18,938 nt of DNA from Candidatus Sumerlaeia bacterium (GTDB taxonomy: Bacteria; Sumerlaeota; Sumerlaeia; SLMS01; JANRJK01): the NCBI GenBank assembly GCA_033764015.1, contig JANRJK010000011.1, positions 1 through 18,938 of the forward strand. Reading direction: 5' to 3'. The first letter of the stretch is position 1. Each line of letters begins with the position of its first letter. Shown piece by piece: positions 15,624 to 18,938 of the stretch. The position numbers were made by a program, and so were the translations under genes. Under the pieces are notes generated by a model, which was not told the origin of the DNA, searched no databases, and saw nothing but the letters and a program-made list of their open reading frames with translations.

Positions 15624-17387
15624 ATGAAGGGACTGCGTTTCACAGCCCTTGCAGCCACGGCGGCGGTGGTCGCGCTCAGCTCGACCGCGATGGCCCAAAC
15701 GCCGACGTTCAGCCTCGGCCAGAATATCTTCGTCGCGCCGGGCGGCTCGGTCGAAGTGCCCGTCTTCCTCGAAGGTGGCGTCGCGAACACGCAAGGATAC
15801 AACCTCACGCTCCGCGTCCCCACCGCCCAGGCTTCGCTCCTTAACGGCGCGATCACCGGTGTCATCAACCAGGGCGCCGGATACGTCTTCCAGGAAAACA
15901 ACCTCACCACCGCGTCCGGCAGCGAGTACCGCATGGTCGTCTATCCCACGACTAGCGGCTCCGCCACGTTCAATACGACCGCCAAGGTGGAAATCGCCCG
16001 CGTGACGATCCCCGTCGCCGCCAACGCCCCCATCGGCCGCGTGCTCGACCTGATCGTGCCCTCCGGCAGCGTGAACGGCTTCGACACCTCGGTGCCGGGC
16101 ACCAAGATCGGCTACCTCGGCGTCTCCGACAACGCAGGCAACTCGATCGTCGCCGACTCGGACGCGAGCGGCACGCGCGACCCGGAACTGGACCGTCCGC
16201 TCGCCACGAACGGAGCGGCCACGGTCGGCTACTCCGGCTACCCGGAGGCCCTCGACTTCGTCCCCACGGGCACGGTGACCGACTTCATCTACCGCCAGTT
16301 CCTCCCGACCTTCTCGGAGACCGGCACCAAGATGACCGGCGCCGCGAACGCGGGCAGCGGCTTCACGCTCACGCTCGCCGACACGGCCGACGTCTCGACG
16401 TCGCCGGGCCGCGTGTTCTTCGGCGTCCTCACCTACGACTTCGGCTTCCTCACCCGCACGGAGGGTAACATCAACCCGCCCGCCGTCGGCCAGATCATCC
16501 AGACCACCTGGAACACCGAGTCCGACGTCGCTGTGCCCTGGGACCTCCCGACGGCGCGCATCCGCATCAACGCCGCCGACAACAGCGTCTCGACCGAGTC
16601 GGTCTACCAGTCCTTCGAGCAGATCCCGACGATTCCCCCGGCGAACAACACGATGCCTTCCGCGGGCAACCCGCGCGGCCTCACCACGTGGACGCTCTTC
16701 CCGGATTTCGCCGCGGACGGCACGCCGACCACCGGCAACCCGGCGGGCTTCAACTCCTCCTTCGACTTCTACTACACGGGCCGCGGCACACAGGGCAGCT
16801 CGCTGCGCGTCAAGTCGCTCGTGACGTCGATCATCAACCCGGCTTCGCTTTCGGCCGCGACGACGCTCGGCGACTTCAACTTCACCGCGGGGACCAACGG
16901 CTTCGCCTCCTTCACCTTCCCCGGCGACGCCCCGGTGCTGCCGGTCAACTACAGCAGCGGCTCGAACGGCCTCGGCATCCAGACGCAGGGCGCCCCGACC
17001 GAGGGCGGCACGGTGATCAGCTTCGGCTTCTGGGAGCGCCCCGCGCTCTTCACGGTCGATCCGAGCAAGATCTACCGCGTCACCTACACGATCGGCACCG
17101 ACAATGCGAACCGCGACACGGTTTCGTCGGTCCGCCTCCGCTTCCTCGTCGGCGGCACCTTCGACTACGCCTACCTGACGATCAACACGGCGATCGGCGA
17201 CGAGCAGGCGATGCCCGTCGCTGGCGACGACTCGACGTTCGTGAACTACTTCGCGTTCCCGCCGGCCACCGCCGGGCGCGACGTGATCGTGGCCTTCGAC
17301 GCGTACCGCAACGACGGGTCGCTGGCAGACGAGTTCGTCTACCTGCGCAACCTGAAGATCGAGGCGCTCACCCCGCCGACGCCCTGA
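15624..17387 (+). CDS. Large secreted beta-rich protein (cohesin/Ig-like N-domain plus two related C-terminal domains), possible surface protein
   Basis: AAGGAGAG RBS; Sec signal ending AMA-Q; Thr/Gly/Phe-rich and Cys-free; strong codon bias; followed by a terminator. Confidence 0.85.
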   Translation: MKGLRFTALAATAAVVALSSTAMAQTPTFSLGQNIFVAPGGSVEVPVFLEGGVANTQGYNLTLRVPTAQASLLNGAITGVINQGAGYVFQENNLTTASGSEYRMVVYPTTSGSATFNTTAKVEIARVTIPVAANAPIGRVLDLIVPSGSVNGFDTSVPGTKIGYLGVSDNAGNSIVADSDASGTRDPELDRPLATNGAATVGYSGYPEALDFVPTGTVTDFIYRQFLPTFSETGTKMTGAANAGSGFTLTLADTADVSTSPGRVFFGVLTYDFGFLTRTEGNINPPAVGQIIQTTWNTESDVAVPWDLPTARIRINAADNSVSTESVYQSFEQIPTIPPANNTMPSAGNPRGLTTWTLFPDFAADGTPTTGNPAGFNSSFDFYYTGRGTQGSSLRVKSLVTSIINPASLSAATTLGDFNFTAGTNGFASFTFPGDAPVLPVNYSSGSNGLGIQTQGAPTEGGTVISFGFWERPALFTVDPSKIYRVTYTIGTDNANRDTVSSVRLRFLVGGTFDYAYLTINTAIGDEQAMPVAGDDSTFVNYFAFPPATAGRDVIVAFDAYRNDGSLADEFVYLRNLKIEALTPPTP

Positions 17388-17417
17388 TCCCACGGCGCGC
17401 AACCTACGCAAGAACAG

Positions 17418-17451
17418 CGGGGCCGGACGCAAGTCCGGCCCCGATCCTTTT
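17418..17451 (+). terminator. Intrinsic terminator
   Basis: 11-bp stem CGGGGCCGGAC/GTCCGGCCCCG, GCAA tetraloop, followed by ATCCTTTT; lies between convergent genes. Confidence 0.75.
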
Positions 17452-17499
17452 GCCCCACCGCCGGACTTCCGCCCGCCGCCTCTTGTCGAACGCGCATCG

Positions 17500-17943
17500 T
17501 CAGTCCGGCAGCGCGTGGTACAGCCCCGGATCCGTCTTGCCGCCGGCGCCCACGGTGCAGCGGGGCGACTCCTGCAGCGATCCGATGATGTAGGTCCCGC
17601 CCGACGGGCACTTGGGCAGTGCGCGCACGCCCATCGCCTCGAGCACCGCCGCCTCGGGCACGTGCTGCACCTCGTAGCCGAGGCGCTTGCGGACCGCTTC
17701 CTTGGCGGTGCGGATCCGGCGCAGGTTCTCGCGGCAGGCGTGCGCAGCCTTCAGCGCCTCGGGCGCCGCCGACGGCGGACCGGACGGCTTCAGGTCCACC
17801 GCCCCGGTCGCGTGCTTCACGTTCGAAAAATGCCCGCGCGCGATCATCCCGAGGCGACCCCAGTCGATCAGGCCCGTGACGGTGCCGACCGCGAGGATCG
17901 CGACCGCCGCCCCGACCGCGAGCGCCTTGAGGAACTTCTTCAC
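17500..17943 (-). CDS. Pilin/pseudopilin-like membrane-anchored protein
   Basis: N-terminal TM helix; ACRENLRRIRTAKE and PKCPSGGTYIIG...PRC...H motifs resemble pilin-like globular heads. Confidence 0.65.
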   Translation of the reverse strand: MKKFLKALAVGAAVAILAVGTVTGLIDWGRLGMIARGHFSNVKHATGAVDLKPSGPPSAAPEALKAAHACRENLRRIRTAKEAVRKRLGYEVQHVPEAAVLEAMGVRALPKCPSGGTYIIGSLQESPRCTVGAGGKTDPGLYHALPD

Positions 17944-17956
17944 CGGGGGGGCCGGC

Positions 17957-18385
17957 TCAGATGCGGCGGAGCCCGCCGCCGCCGCCCGGCAGCTCGCCGG
18001 AGGGAAGCTGCGCCACCGCGTCGATGCACAGGCGCGCGCCGAAGGGCAGCGCCGCCACCGCCACCACGCTCCGCGCCGGCGGCATGAAGAAGAAGTAGTC
18101 GCGCGAGACCTTGTCCACCACCGCGTGGTCGCGAAGGTCCACCAGGTACAACGTGATCGACAGGACGTTGGTCAGCGCGCCGCCGCACGCCTGCATCACC
18201 GCGGTCAGGTGCTCGAAGACCTTGCGCGCCTGCGCGTCGACCTCCGTCGAGACCAGCTTGTTGGTCTTCCCGTCGATCGGGAGCTGGCCCGAGATGTGGA
18301 TCGCGTCGCCGTACTTGATGGCTTGCGAGAAGTGGCCGTAGCTGGAGGGGACTCCATCAACGAAAACGGCGACCTTTTCGGGCAC
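17957..18385 (-). CDS. RidA/YjgF/UK114 family protein
   Basis: AAGGAG RBS before GTG 18385; FSQAI, ISGQLPID, PARSVVAVAALPFGA. Confidence 0.9.
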   Translation of the reverse strand: MPEKVAVFVDGVPSSYGHFSQAIKYGDAIHISGQLPIDGKTNKLVSTEVDAQARKVFEHLTAVMQACGGALTNVLSITLYLVDLRDHAVVDKVSRDYFFFMPPARSVVAVAALPFGARLCIDAVAQLPSGELPGGGGGLRRI

Positions 18386-18473
18386 GGGCGTGGGCTCCTT
18401 GCATGCGGTTTGGACGATTTCGAGCATGGACCCGCGGCGCACCCGCGGCAACGGAATGTGCCCGGGTCCGCGA

Positions 18474-18938
18474 TCAAAGCGGCGAATGGCCGAGATCCGC
18501 GTGGATCGCGGCGACGGCGTCCGGCGCGAGGCCCAGGCGCTCCGCGAGCCGCCGCAGCCACCCGCGCTCCTCCTCCGTGTCCACCTCGAGGACGAGCAGC
18601 GCGGCCGCGTAGAGCGCGCGGGCGTCCTGCGGGGTGCGCGCCTCCGCGGCGAGCGCGGCCAACGTGAGCGGGCGCGCCAGTTCCTGCTCCAGCAGCGCGC
18701 GCTCCTCCGGCGCGAGCTCCATCTCCGACGCCGCCTGCACGATCGCGGCGCGCTCCTCCGCGTCGATGTCGTGGTCCGCGTTGGCGGCCGCGACCATCGC
18801 GCGCAGCAGCGCGATCGGCGGCATCGCGCCGGCGCCCGCGGGAGCGCCGCCGGGCTGCGGGGGGGCGGGCGCGGCGGTCAGGTTCGGCATGCCCGGCACC
18901 GGAGGCAGCGGCGGCGGAGCGGCGCGCCCGGCCGGCGG
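18474..18938 (-). CDS. DUF533 / TerB-like protein (5' end outside the window)
   Basis: LLRAMVAAANADHDIDAEER...ELARP...LYAAALL...ERGWLRRLAERLGL; frame open to the window edge. Confidence 0.85.
   Translation of the reverse strand, partial: PPAGRAAPPPLPPVPGMPNLTAAPAPPQPGGAPAGAGAMPPIALLRAMVAAANADHDIDAEERAAIVQAASEMELAPEERALLEQELARPLTLAALAAEARTPQDARALYAAALLVLEVDTEEERGWLRRLAERLGLAPDAVAAIHADLGHSPL

Noticed and set aside
15564..17432. 622-aa antisense ORF
   Set aside because: Mirror of the strongly codon-biased secreted protein gene; no RBS or recognisable motifs.

Overview
Very GC-rich (~70-75%) bacterial chromosomal segment. Lineage is uncertain; the style of the secreted proteins and the dispersed microcompartment genes tentatively suggest a PVC-like or Candidatus Sumerlaeota-like organism (inference only). 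The left half is a minus-strand gene run: a degenerate PilB/GspE-type ATPase, a RadC fused to a glycosylase-like Fe-S domain, nusB, a MATE transporter, a UDP-galactopyranose mutase-like flavoenzyme of the eukaryotic type, a LysM lipoprotein and a Ser/Thr kinase (partial). In the middle is a ~1.2-kb lower-GC cassette encoding a secreted Cys-rich protein and a lipoprotein. It is bracketed by ~135-bp diverged inverted repeats with hairpin cores, and no intact transposase is present. The right half holds a Pro-rich Zn-ribbon protein, an isolated EutN/CcmL gene, a Tat-exported SOD, a TIGR00725/LOG-like protein, TlyA, PduL, a large secreted protein, a pilin-like protein, RidA and a partial DUF533/TerB-like gene. 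Most long ORFs in the supplied track are GC-rich shadow frames.
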